Assembly: GCA_963758915.1 (NCBI GenBank)
Contig: CAVWXH010000002.1
Coordinates: 1 to 64,000 of the forward strand
DNA from: an uncultured Methanomicrobiales archaeon
Lineage (GTDB): Archaea > Halobacteriota > Methanomicrobia > Methanomicrobiales > Methanospirillaceae
DNA length: 64,000 nucleotides
Direction: 5' to 3'
Each line of letters starts with the position of its first letter. The first letter of the stretch is position 1. The notes beneath the pieces are model-generated. The model was not told the DNA's origin. It made no database searches and saw only the letters and a program-made list of their open reading frames with translations. Position numbers and translations under genes: made by a program. Below, in pieces: positions 30,369 through 40,943 of this stretch.

Positions 30369-32807
30369 TTATGCCAGCTCCTTTATGCTGCTCGACTGGT
30401 CTGTTCCCATCTCCACGACCAGTGTATTCGTGAATTCGCCCTGCATCTCGGAGATGTGGGAAATCAGGATAATCTGCGGGAACCGCGACTCCTGTGTCCG
30501 GAGCGCAGTCAGGAGATTTGTCCTCCGTTCCTCGTCCTGGCTCCCGAAGATCTCGTCGAAGATCAGGAGCGTGCTCTCGTGCACCTGGTGGAGCTCGGCA
30601 AGGTACCGGGAGAGGGCGATACGGAGTGCAACCGCGATATCATCCTGTTCACCTCCGCTGAACCGGTCTATTCCATAATCGTTGTCGACATCCCGGACGA
30701 GGAGGTTGAAGTCCTCGTCGAGCAGCACCTGTTCGTACCGGCCGGTGGTGATCTCGCTGATGATCCTGCTGACTTCCCCTTCGATCCTGCTCCTGACGAC
30801 CTGCATGAGGTAGATGACATAATCGCCGATCACCGTCCGGGTCAGCCGCAGGAGGTCGATCTCTTCGGTTAATGTCGAGACCTGTTGCCGGAGGTCTTTG
30901 ATGACTGCCATCTCTTTCTCATGCCGGGTGATCTTTTCGTTGGCATGGTTCAGCCGTTCGGTCTTCCTCGCGAGTTCGGTTTCTGCGTTGCGGATAGCAG
31001 ACTCTGCCCCGGCAAGCGCCTGTTCAAGGTTTATACCGTTAGCGGGGTCGAAGGCGGCCTGGGTGATGACCGCTTCAAGCGTTTCAAGTTCCCGCTGTTT
31101 CTGTACGACCATAGTATCGAGGTCGGTCACCTGTTGCCTGAGTACCGATCCCTGGGCGATCTTTTTCCCGAGCTCGACATAACGGAGGTGGAGCTGGTCG
31201 AGGTCTTTCACGTCCTTTTCAGCCTTTATGAACTTAGACTCGTCGTACCCGAGCGATGTAATCCGGGTGACAAGCGTCCGGAGAGCGAGCTCCCTGGCCT
31301 CCAATTGTGTGACCAGATCTGCCAGCTCGGTTTCCGTTGTGTCCCGTGCCTTTAACTTCTCTGAGATGCTCCGGATCTCGTGGAGTGCTGGTTTCTGGTC
31401 CGCGATACGGTTTTTCTCTACCGCAACCCTGCCCTGTTCCTCCCGTACCTGCATGGTCTCCTGTTCGATTTGTTTCAGCCGGGTTGTGAACTCCCCTTCA
31501 ATGCTGGTAAAATGACTCCCGAGCGTCTGGCGGCAGAGCGGGCACACGCCATTTGCACCGGCATTTTTTATCGTATTCCAGTCTGTATTGAGTTTTTTCT
31601 TTTCCGTTTCGAGACCCGTTGCACGGGCGGAAAGCGTTCCGACTGTATGGATTAACACGGCTTCACGTTGCGTGATCACCTTTTCCAGGTCGCTGTCTGG
31701 AATATCAGGTCCGATATACATCAGCGACCTGATACCGTTGCTGAGCGATGCGAGCCGTTTCTCCTCCTCGTCAATCACCGCGATCTTTGCCCGGGTGGTA
31801 TCGACCATCGCCTTGAAATTCGCGGAATCCGTTTCCAGGAACCTCAGTTCCACATTGAGCTGATCAGATTCAGCCTTCTGTTTCCGGACTGATTCGAGCT
31901 GCTTTCTCTTCTCGCCGACCAGGCAGACACGCTGCTCCAGCTGCACATATTCCTGTTCCATTCCTGCGAGCGTGGAGAGCTGGGCCCTGACCTGTTCCCT
32001 ATGCCGTTCGAGTTCCCCGGTCTCATTGACGAGGGACTTCTGTTGTTCGGCAAGGCGTGTGTATTGTGTTTTTTTCTCGGAGAATAGGGCTAATTCTGCC
32101 GATACTCCTGTCTTCTTCTGAAGGTGGCATTCCCGCTGCTGATTCATTTCCCCGATCTCCGCCTGGAACGTGACAACCGATGACCGGAGCATATTCAGTT
32201 CTTCAGGGTCCTGTCTCCCCACGAGCCCGTTCAAGTCCCCCACTTTCAGGCGTAGCTCGTTTTCTTTCCCGTCGATCCGCTCTTTGAGCAGTTTTTCGCT
32301 TGCCGTCTTCAGAAAATCGATGCCAAGTGCCTTAAGGAACCATTCTTTCCGTTTACCGGGAGTATTTTCGAGAAGGGTTAAGAGGTCTTTCTGGGCGGCA
32401 TAAATCGTGTTCCTGAAATCGACCGGCCCCATGCCAAGCACCCTTCTTACCTCGGCCTCGACCTGGCTCACCCCTGTCGCCCGGAGTGATGTCCCCCGGT
32501 AGATCCGTGCATCGTGCTGCACCGTCTTTCCTTTTTTAAAAGTGCGTATGACCGAGTAACTATCCCCGCCGATCCTGAAGTCCAGCCTCACTTCGCAGTT
32601 CTCTTTCTGGGATGCAAACGAGGAGACAATATAGTCCCCTGATATCCCGGTTGCCTGCACCCCGTAGAGGGCGAACAGTATCGCCTCGACGATGCTGCTC
32701 TTTCCAGTCCCGTTGTTCCCCACAATTCCGGTGATCCCGTCCTTGAAATGAATCTCCTGTTTACGGAACCGTTTGAAGTTATTCAGGACGAGGCGCTCGA
32801 TGATCAC
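30369..32807 (-). CDS. rad50: Rad50/SbcC SMC-family ATPase
   Basis: GNNGTGKS, Q-loop, long coiled coil with CPLC zinc hook, FSGGE, LIFDE; GTG start after GGAGG. Confidence 0.95.
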   Translation of the reverse strand: MIIERLVLNNFKRFRKQEIHFKDGITGIVGNNGTGKSSIVEAILFALYGVQATGISGDYIVSSFASQKENCEVRLDFRIGGDSYSVIRTFKKGKTVQHDARIYRGTSLRATGVSQVEAEVRRVLGMGPVDFRNTIYAAQKDLLTLLENTPGKRKEWFLKALGIDFLKTASEKLLKERIDGKENELRLKVGDLNGLVGRQDPEELNMLRSSVVTFQAEIGEMNQQRECHLQKKTGVSAELALFSEKKTQYTRLAEQQKSLVNETGELERHREQVRAQLSTLAGMEQEYVQLEQRVCLVGEKRKQLESVRKQKAESDQLNVELRFLETDSANFKAMVDTTRAKIAVIDEEEKRLASLSNGIRSLMYIGPDIPDSDLEKVITQREAVLIHTVGTLSARATGLETEKKKLNTDWNTIKNAGANGVCPLCRQTLGSHFTSIEGEFTTRLKQIEQETMQVREEQGRVAVEKNRIADQKPALHEIRSISEKLKARDTTETELADLVTQLEARELALRTLVTRITSLGYDESKFIKAEKDVKDLDQLHLRYVELGKKIAQGSVLRQQVTDLDTMVVQKQRELETLEAVITQAAFDPANGINLEQALAGAESAIRNAETELARKTERLNHANEKITRHEKEMAVIKDLRQQVSTLTEEIDLLRLTRTVIGDYVIYLMQVVRSRIEGEVSRIISEITTGRYEQVLLDEDFNLLVRDVDNDYGIDRFSGGEQDDIAVALRIALSRYLAELHQVHESTLLIFDEIFGSQDEERRTNLLTALRTQESRFPQIILISHISEMQGEFTNTLVVEMGTDQSSSIKELA

Positions 32808-32971
32808 CGGATGACCTCCTGATTCATACACCGTGCAATATTGACCGGATTCATAAGCAGGGGCTGGCTTGATTTGGTTAAACGGGCTGTTAAAGATCTA
32901 AACAGGTGTGTCCTGCCGGAGGACTCCCCTCGCTTTGGTGTCCCCCTGATGGGCAGCCGGACTGGTTTCAT
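32804..32971 (-). CDS. Possible small basic 55-aa ORF coupled between mre11 and rad50
   Basis: ATGA overlap with the mre11 stop and GTGA overlap with the rad50 start; MKPVRLPIRG...QEVIR. Confidence 0.4.
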   Translation of the reverse strand: MKPVRLPIRGTPKRGESSGRTHLFRSLTARLTKSSQPLLMNPVNIARCMNQEVIR

Positions 32972-34132
32972 TCCGAATCCCCCCTGTGGTCTTCCATGAC
33001 GGTCCTTAACAAATCGAGACCGCAACTGGCAACATATTCCCTCTGGCGGGCACTCATCTGCTGTTTGCCGACGAACGAAGAGAATTCCTGCAGGTAATCG
33101 ATTGCTGTTACGTCCTGCTGCAGCGGGGAGATCTCTCCCTGGTCTTTTGCTGCAGACCTGATCTTCAGGTCGAGAAGTTTTTCCTTTACCCCGGCAAGTT
33201 CCTTCAAATCGATCCCTTTCCCGTGTTCGCGGGACATGCCATCAAGCGTCACCTGTACCATCGACAACGGCGGGATGCACCGGTCGGTAATCCGGGCGAT
33301 AATCTCGGACGTGATATCCCCTACATGCACCCCTTCGCACGGGATAGTCCCAAGGTCGACCATCGGGGTCTTCGGGAGGTCGAAATGGCGGACGACCGCG
33401 GAAACTGCCTTATCAGACATATGGTCCAGGTCTACCAGGAGTCCCCCCTTCGTATCGGCAATCTCTCCATACGCCATGTATTCCGGCGACCCCGAGTACC
33501 AGGCATTATCGGTGATCTGCACCTGCCGGTGGTAGTGGCCGAGGGCGATATAGTCGAACCGGTCGGAGAGGATAGTGCTGTCCAGCTCGTGTTCTGCGAC
33601 GGTCGCGAGCCGTTTATCCTTGATTGCCGACGCGAGACCGTGGGTCACGAGCACGTTTTGGCGGTCTTTTGCAATCTCAACCTGGTCATATGCAACCCGG
33701 TAATCCTCAGGCCTGAGCATATTCGGGATCAGGTGGAACACCGTGTCACCGATCTCGACATGTTCGTAACGGAATCGATAGGCTGCATGAATTCTTGAAT
33801 GGTGGTAGGAAATGACTTCAAAAGGCGACGTCGTATAGCGGGTCTTCACCATGCTGTGGTTCCCGGCGATCACGATGAACGGGACCCCGGCGGCAATGGA
33901 GCCGTTCCAGTGCTTCGAGCACGGTCGTATAGGCCCGGGTCTTCGGTTTTACGGTGTCAAAAAGGTCACCGGCATGGACGAGGACATCTGGTTTAGCCTC
34001 GATGATCTTGTCCATTGCCGACAGGAAATTATCATAGACCTGCTTCTCGCGGAGGTTCATCCCGCTCTCCGGGTCGAGGCGGTTGAAGGCGGCGAGACCA
34101 AGGTGGGTGTCGGCGATGTGGATGATCTTCAT
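32968..34132 (-). CDS. mre11: Mre11/SbcD nuclease, apparent +1 insertion near 33896
   Basis: ADTHLG, AGDLFD, AGNHS, THG, LGHYH, YSGS metallophosphoesterase motifs split over two frames. Confidence 0.92.
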
Positions 34133-34382
34133 CTATGTTTCTTTTGGACTTGTGTGGGATATAAGGTGTCGGGGGACGCGGGGTGAAAGTGAGCTTCTGG
34201 TATGATTGGTAATACGAATTCTGTAAGAACGTAGCACGTCTCGACCACCCAATCCACATTATTCAGATAAAAAGTTGCTAATGGATGAGTATTCGAATTA
34301 CAACCCCTAAATACGATTTACAGTTATTCCTGGAACGGACCTAACCTGAAAAAAGGAAGGATCGGATATTCCTGGGAAATCC

Positions 34383-35606
34383 CTATTTCGATCGTTTAAA
34401 CGTATCTATTGCAATATCCGACGGGTTGTCAGTGTTCCTGAAGAGCAGCTGGATCTCGTCAGCAGAAATGATGACCCCGTTACTGAACCCGTCCGGGTAT
34501 TCCACGGTTGCTATGGTCATTCCATCCCTGCCAAGGACACCGGCAAACTCCTTGGTCACCGGGCTCCCGTTTATCGCGTATTGAATGATGCCCTTGAAAA
34601 GCCGGTCATCCTGATCGGTGACATTCATGGTCATTGTGCCCTTGATAACCTGGTACCCTGATGCGGTTTTCATGTAGCCCATCGAAATCCCTGACCAGTT
34701 CCCGGCAATACGAGGCATCACCGAAGCGGGAAAGGTAACCCCGGGGGTGGTCACCGTGGACCTCCTCAGCGAGTCGATAACAACCCTGGATGGGTCGACA
34801 TTGTCCCGGAAGGTGAGCTCGATCTCGTCTGCAGATAGTATTACACCGTCACTGAAACCGTCAGGGTTCTCCACGGTCTTTAATGTCCTCCCATCCCGCC
34901 CGATAACCCCTGCAAAGTTCTTGGTTACGGGGGTTTTGTTCAGCATAAATGAGACCTGTCCCTTGAAGAGGCGGCCGTTCTGTTCGGTGATGTTCATAAC
35001 CAGGACATCACGGGTGACCTGGTACCCAGATGTATCCATGTAGCCTATCGAAGACCCGTTCCATTTACCGAGAAGGACCGGCATCGGCTGGACTACGGGG
35101 GTGGCCGCCTTGTCAGAAGCTGTGGACCGCTTAAGGGAATCGATGGTGATGGTGGACGGTTTGGCCTGGTCCCTGAAGATAAGTTCTATCTCATCGGCTG
35201 ATATGACAATCCCGTCACTAAATCCGCCTGGGTACTCCACGTCATCGATGGTCTTCCCGTCGGCACCGATAACCCCTGCGAACTCCTTTGTTATCAGAGC
35301 CCCGTTTTCCGGGAAGGAGAGTTGTCCTTTAAAGAGGCGGCCATTCTGTTCGACAACATTCATCATAATGACCATATCCGCAACCTGGTACCCTGATGCA
35401 TCCACGTAACCCCGGGATGTCCCATTCCAGGTCCCTACAAGGTCTGGCATAACTGTGACGGCCGGGGTGGTGGTCGCCGGGGTATCATGCGATGTAGCTG
35501 CAGGCGTTGTTACCGGTGTCGTTACCGGAGTTGTGCATCCGGCAGTCAGTACAAATGCAAGGCACAGACACACCAGTAATACGATGAATTCCCGTTTCAT
35601 TTTCAT
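34383..35606 (-). CDS. Lipoprotein with three tandem ~120-aa beta-barrel-like repeats
   Basis: AGC lipobox, Thr/Pro linker, three repeats of P.L.G.W.G.S.GY...SGYQV...Q.GRLFKG...TK.FAGV.G.DG...E.P.GFS.G..ISADEI.L.FR. Confidence 0.85.
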   Translation of the reverse strand: MKMKREFIVLLVCLCLAFVLTAGCTTPVTTPVTTPAATSHDTPATTTPAVTVMPDLVGTWNGTSRGYVDASGYQVADMVIMMNVVEQNGRLFKGQLSFPENGALITKEFAGVIGADGKTIDDVEYPGGFSDGIVISADEIELIFRDQAKPSTITIDSLKRSTASDKAATPVVQPMPVLLGKWNGSSIGYMDTSGYQVTRDVLVMNITEQNGRLFKGQVSFMLNKTPVTKNFAGVIGRDGRTLKTVENPDGFSDGVILSADEIELTFRDNVDPSRVVIDSLRRSTVTTPGVTFPASVMPRIAGNWSGISMGYMKTASGYQVIKGTMTMNVTDQDDRLFKGIIQYAINGSPVTKEFAGVLGRDGMTIATVEYPDGFSNGVIISADEIQLLFRNTDNPSDIAIDTFKRSK

Positions 35607-35889
35607 CACCAATTCTCTTTTTGCTAAATTGAACGATGTTTACCTATTATTTATTTGTTTTTTATAATTTTTTAAACCGGAATTTCAGGTGTTGAGAGAG
35701 TCCTCCGCTTGTTTTTCAATGAACTAAAAAAAATTCATGCCAGGATTTCTGGTATGCTGGAACTGACAGTAGTCTGTCAGGTACCTTCCAAAACAAACAT
35801 TTCAACTCAGCCGGGGAGGCCCTTTTTCACCCTGCTGAATATTTAAAAAAATTCACCCGGCCAACTGAAGGAAATATGAAAAGTGCTGT

Positions 35890-36441
35890 TTATTCTTCAG
35901 ATTTGAACTCGATTTCACCATTCATATGTTCATATCTCCATTCCCCGGCCTCTGAAATTTCATCAGACTCATAATCGTCTGAACTCTTCTCTTTAAAAAT
36001 GCAGTAAGAGTCCCCCTCCAAATGATTATCCAATTCGCTGATAAAGGTGTTGAGCCTTGAAACAGGCACGATAGGCACTCCTTCATACACCCGTATTTCC
36101 TCTTCGATGAGGGTGACTATGATCGGAATCGCTTCAGCCTGGGTGATATCTTCATAAAACGTGGTCCTTTCTTTATGCTGTTCGATTGCCTTTTTTAATC
36201 CGGACAACCGGTAGCGTTTGCCCGCCCATTTCTTGCATTCTACAAGGAACGTCTGGTCGTTCTTCCGGGCGATAACGTCATATTGCCTTCGTTTTTTATT
36301 CAGTGTTTTTACGGTGTTTACCTTCACCAAAAAATCATTTTGTTCGAAGATGAAAGCCGCGAGTCTTTCAAAATCCTGCCATACCGATTCTTCTGATACG
36401 GCTTCCAGGTCATCGATGCAGGTTATTTCTTCGAAGTTCAT
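35890..36441 (-). CDS. Stand-alone Mrr-like PD-(D/E)xK endonuclease
   Basis: DFERLAAFIF, QYDVIA, LVECKKW motifs. Confidence 0.8.
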   Translation of the reverse strand: MNFEEITCIDDLEAVSEESVWQDFERLAAFIFEQNDFLVKVNTVKTLNKKRRQYDVIARKNDQTFLVECKKWAGKRYRLSGLKKAIEQHKERTTFYEDITQAEAIPIIVTLIEEEIRVYEGVPIVPVSRLNTFISELDNHLEGDSYCIFKEKSSDDYESDEISEAGEWRYEHMNGEIEFKSEE

Positions 36442-36933
36442 GACGTGCGTGCTTTTATTTATGGATTTTTTGTATAATGAAATCTGGCAATATGGCACCC
36501 GGCTGGGCAGGCCATTCGCGAGGACCGGTTATAATATCTTTCCCCGCTCTGATCAGAAATGCGTTTTAATTTGATGATATTTACCAAATCCCCGATAAAT
36601 TTGACCGATTTATTATCTTCTGGCCATATCATTTCTCTCTTATCATATTATACCCTCGACATTCGGCCCAAATGCCCGCATTATCCGTTAAGCGGGGTCA
36701 ATTTTTCCGTATTCGCCCATCACTGCAAAAACCCGCCTTTTGAGGGTTATTTACCGGAATCTAACGATTATACGTCATTTTTAACAGGATAAACCTTTTA
36801 GATCCCCTTAACCTGAACATTCCGATGCCGAATCCCTGCGATGGTTTTCAGTAAATATTTTCATCCGAAAACTGGGTTTTTTTCACCACCCTGTTTGTGT
36901 GATTAATAAGTCAGCAGGAACAACCGATATAGC

Positions 36934-37398
36934 ATGAGTACGGAAATCCCCTGGGACAAGACACGGATGGAGTGGAAGCCGGTAGATATGACCGTCACAT
37001 ACAATGGGGGGACGGGGTTTACTGCACAGACTGGATCAGGCGATATCACGTTCCCGATGGAGATCCCGATAGGCATGGGTGGGCCTGGAATGGTTCCAAA
37101 TCCTATTCAGTACCTGATCGGCTCGCTCGGGGGGTGCGTTGGCGTGAAGATCGTTCTTGCGCTTTCTGACCAGGGCATCGTCCCGGACGAGCTGACGATC
37201 GGGATACATGGGACCCGAAAAAAGACTATGCCTGCATTTTTTGATCACATTCATATGGTAATCGTACTCAGGGCCAAAGTTGACGAAGCGATGGTCTCGA
37301 CCATTATCGAACAGACCCTTACCCGTCTCTGCCCAATCGCAGCAATGTTTGCCGAGGTCGGTGAAGTGACGTCGGAACACCGGATCATCCGGAACTGA
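36934..37398 (+). CDS. OsmC family protein
   Basis: NPIQYLIGSLGGC...LCPI two-Cys pattern. Confidence 0.85.
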   Translation: MSTEIPWDKTRMEWKPVDMTVTYNGGTGFTAQTGSGDITFPMEIPIGMGGPGMVPNPIQYLIGSLGGCVGVKIVLALSDQGIVPDELTIGIHGTRKKTMPAFFDHIHMVIVLRAKVDEAMVSTIIEQTLTRLCPIAAMFAEVGEVTSEHRIIRN

Positions 37399-37405
37399 CT
37401 GAGTA

Positions 37406-38293
37406 ATGGATCAGAAACCCGTTAACCCCGGTGCATATCCTAACACCAATATACCCCGCTCTCCCGATACTATTTGGATGACAAAAAAGAGCCTCTCGTC
37501 GGAATTCCGCGATCCCGATAAAGCCGATCGGCTCGATGAACTCGTGAAATACCTCGAATACTTTGACTCCCTGCCGGAAACACAGGTGTTCAAGGAACGC
37601 TCGTACCAGTACCTGGGACTGAAAGCAGGAAGCGTTCTGCTCGATGCAGGATGCGGGCCCGGTTATGATTCGCTCCGCATGGCGGCACGTGTCGGGAGTT
37701 CCGGGCACGTCACGGGAATTGATCTGAGCACGGGAATGGTTGCCCGGGCACAGGAAAAGGCGGCGGGGTCGGGCTTACCGGTCACATTCAGGACAGGAAA
37801 TATCTGTGACCTGGACCTGCCGGACGACAGTTTCGATGGGGTGAGAGTAGAACGCACCCTCCAGCTCGTTGCCGACACCGGGCGGGGAATCGACGAACTA
37901 ATCCGTGTACTTCGACCGGGAGGGACACTGGTGGCAGTCGACCCCGACTGGGAGACGTTCGTCGTCGACCCGGGAGACCGCGATACCACCCGGAAATTTT
38001 TCAGGTTCTGTGCGGACCAGTTCCCTGACGGCTCATCAGGACGCAAATTCTACCGGTACTTCCGTGAGCGGGACCTCCGCGATGTCGTGATACATCCCGA
38101 ACCCCTTGTATTTCATGATTTTTCCCTGGCGTACCGGGTATTGAATATGAACCAGTTCCTTGCGGCTGCCGTGGAGCAGTCCGTACTCTCACAGGGCGAA
38201 GCGGAGGCCTGGGAACAGGAGCTGAAGTCCGCAGATGCTGCAGGGAATTTCACCTTCACCGGTATGATGTTTGCCGTGTCAGGCCGGAAGTGA
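37406..38293 (+). CDS. Class I SAM-dependent methyltransferase (UbiE-like)
   Basis: LLDAGCGPG, GIDLS, LPDDSFD, RVLRPGG. Confidence 0.9.
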   Translation: MDQKPVNPGAYPNTNIPRSPDTIWMTKKSLSSEFRDPDKADRLDELVKYLEYFDSLPETQVFKERSYQYLGLKAGSVLLDAGCGPGYDSLRMAARVGSSGHVTGIDLSTGMVARAQEKAAGSGLPVTFRTGNICDLDLPDDSFDGVRVERTLQLVADTGRGIDELIRVLRPGGTLVAVDPDWETFVVDPGDRDTTRKFFRFCADQFPDGSSGRKFYRYFRERDLRDVVIHPEPLVFHDFSLAYRVLNMNQFLAAAVEQSVLSQGEAEAWEQELKSADAAGNFTFTGMMFAVSGRK

Positions 38294-38392
38294 CCCGGGG
38301 TTTAAGATACACGGCTCTTCACCCGGACCCATTTTCCAGGGATCTTTCATGGCGAAAAAAATGGTTCCCGTATTTGTCCATGGCGGGTGGAA

Positions 38393-39098
38393 TTATCTTT
38401 CCGGAATACCGGTCCCGGTTTTCTCTACCAGATACCGGAGCCATACGATACCATTCCCCATCACTTCGGTATGAACGTGTGCCAGGGGGACCTGGAGATC
38501 GTTAAAACCGGCCTTATGCGGATCGAACATAGTTGGATCAGGGAGGCCTCCTGCAAGGTAAGGGTGGACAAGCACACTCACTTCATCCACCACCCCGGCC
38601 TGGAGAAGGACACTGTTGAGGGTCCCCCCGCTGTCAACCCTGACGGTTTTAACCCCGTAATCCTTGTTCAGCGCTTCCAGTGCGGGACGCATATCGATAT
38701 GGTCATCTCCGGCAACGATGGCACCGATTTTTCTTTCCCGGAGATAGTCCCGGTATTGCTGCGGGGTTGAGGTTGAACACAGGGCCAGAACATCCCGCAT
38801 GTAGGGCCATTTCCTGATGGCGTCCCAGCAGCGTACCCTCCCCCGGCTGTCGGCGATGACCAGCAGGGGACGCGGGATCGGGCGATCCATCCGGTGGTCT
38901 GAACATCTCCTCGTGCTCCGGGGGAACTTCCAGCGCAGGGTTGTCCCGGACTGCTGCAAGCACCGTCTCACTGCCAAACAGAATTGCATCGGGGTTCCAT
39001 TGTGCAGCAAGCGCATAATAGAGTTCAAGGTCTGCTGGAAATCCGGTAATACGACCATCGAGACTTGTAGCGGTATGGAGTATGACTTTTGGTAGCAT
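38393..39098 (-). CDS. RibD C-terminal/dihydrofolate reductase family protein, apparent +1 insertion near 38878
   Basis: HTATSLDGRI, ILFGSET, PLLVIADSRG, DSGGTLN..LL.AGVVDEVS. Confidence 0.85.
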
Positions 39099-39414
39099 GA
39101 GAAAATCTCCTGGATAACAGTTCCGGAGGTGTGAATTATAAAATGATGGTAGGCGGGGTGAAACTAACAGACAGAATAATTAAAAAATATACTGGTGTTG
39201 GCAACGGGTTAACACGCGGTGTTTCGAGAAAGACCCGTAATTTTTTTAAGTAATTGTTGTTTCACTCTCCCAGCCAGGACCGGCGCCGGACCGGGTCCCG
39301 TGTTCTACGATCCTGCCATCCCGCAGCAGACCTGATCGGTCGGCGGATATTTCGTCACCCAAATGGTGTAAGCCCACAATGCCCTCGTCCCGGTAGTTGC
39401 TCCGGTTCCGCATA

Positions 39415-40719
39415 TTATGTTGTTTGTCCCGGCATTTTTACAAAGGAAAGGACCAGGCCGGCAAGGACCATGCCTATACCCAGGACAACCACCTTCCAGT
39501 CCTGCTGGGAAAGCAGGAGTGCCGAGGTCAGTAGCCCGAACAGCGGGAGCAGGGGAAATCTCCCGATACTGATGGGGACCCTGAAAGGCCGGTGAATATC
39601 CGGTAACCGGTAACGGAGGACAATTACCGAGGCATTGATCATGATGAAGGTGACGAAAAGAGTAAAATTGGTGAGGTTTGCTACGAATGTGATGTCACCG
39701 GGCAGGAGAAAGACAAGGGCGACCAGGCCACAGATAAGGACTGCAATCCAGGGTGTTTTATGCCGGGGATGCACTAATGCGAGGATACGGGGGAGAGCAT
39801 TGGAAACCGCCATACCGTATAAAATCCTGGAAGATGCGTAAAGTGACAGGAGAACCGTATTCCCGGTTGCAAACAACGCAATAAAGGAGATTCCAATCAC
39901 TGCCCCGGTGCCGAAGCGGGTGGAAACGATATCTGAAAACGGTGCTTCAGAAACGGCAAGTTCCTGCCAGTCGAGGACAGAGACCGCACAGAGTGCGACA
40001 ATTACGTATATTGCAGTACTGACGAGGACCGCATATACCAGTGCTTTTGGAATGGTTGTTTCCGGTCTTTTTGTCTCTTCGGAAAACTTCACCATCGATT
40101 CGAAACCCTGGTACGCAAAAAAAATGAGCGCTGACGCGGCGAGGAGACCGGGCACCCCATCGGGCATCACGAAATAATCAACGGAGCCGAGACCGGGGAT
40201 CCCGATAACAATAATCACGAGAAGCCCGGCAATTTCGATACAGGTCGAAATAATTGAAATATATGCGGTCTCTCTCACCCCGTAACCAAGGACGAGGCAG
40301 AGCAGTATGACCAGCAGAAATGCACCGGCAACGATCGGGATGCCAGACAGGCGCATCAGGTACCCGCCGAATCCCAGTGCAACAGTGGAGGCCGCCAGGA
40401 TCCCCGAGAGAAGAACCAGGAAGCCGATTACGAATGCCGGACGTGAACTGAATGCATTTTTTATATAGTCATACTCGGCACCGGCTTGGGGAAAGAGTGA
40501 AGACAGCTCTGCATAGCTCAGGCAGGACAGCAAAGCGATAACCGCTGAAATGATAAAGGAAATCCAGAGGGCATTCCCGGCAAGTGCCGCTCCCTCGCCG
40601 ATAAGGACATAGATCCCGGCCCCGAGGATTATCCCGATCCCGGCTAACGTGACTTCAAAGAGGCCGAGTTCACGCTTAAGCGATGGAGTTGTTCCCCGAT
40701 CTGGTCCGGTACCGGTCAT
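39415..40719 (-). CDS. APC family amino acid permease
   Basis: LKRELG, GIILGAGIY, YAELSS.FP.AG, FFAYQGFE, SEE..P, ~12 TM. Confidence 0.92.
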   Translation of the reverse strand: MTGTGPDRGTTPSLKRELGLFEVTLAGIGIILGAGIYVLIGEGAALAGNALWISFIISAVIALLSCLSYAELSSLFPQAGAEYDYIKNAFSSRPAFVIGFLVLLSGILAASTVALGFGGYLMRLSGIPIVAGAFLLVILLCLVLGYGVRETAYISIISTCIEIAGLLVIIVIGIPGLGSVDYFVMPDGVPGLLAASALIFFAYQGFESMVKFSEETKRPETTIPKALVYAVLVSTAIYVIVALCAVSVLDWQELAVSEAPFSDIVSTRFGTGAVIGISFIALFATGNTVLLSLYASSRILYGMAVSNALPRILALVHPRHKTPWIAVLICGLVALVFLLPGDITFVANLTNFTLFVTFIMINASVIVLRYRLPDIHRPFRVPISIGRFPLLPLFGLLTSALLLSQQDWKVVVLGIGMVLAGLVLSFVKMPGQTT

Positions 40720-40943
40720 GTGCAACTAGTGATCTTCATCCCGGACAATATAACTGTCTGGAAAAGGTAATTTCTGCAGCCCGTTTTGTTTGTATTCTAA
40801 ACTGAATATAGAGTTCTTCCACCGGGCTATTGCGTCATACTGCCTTCGTTTGTTATCCAGTGTTTATACGGTGTTTCCCTTCACCCGGAAAACATTTGTT
40901 CGTAATTCTGGCACACAGGATCCTTCTGGTACGGTCTCTTACT

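Noticed and set aside
27743-34132. HerA/NurA as an antiviral defence system
   Set aside because: It is the well-known archaeal mre11-rad50-nurA-herA double-strand-break repair operon.
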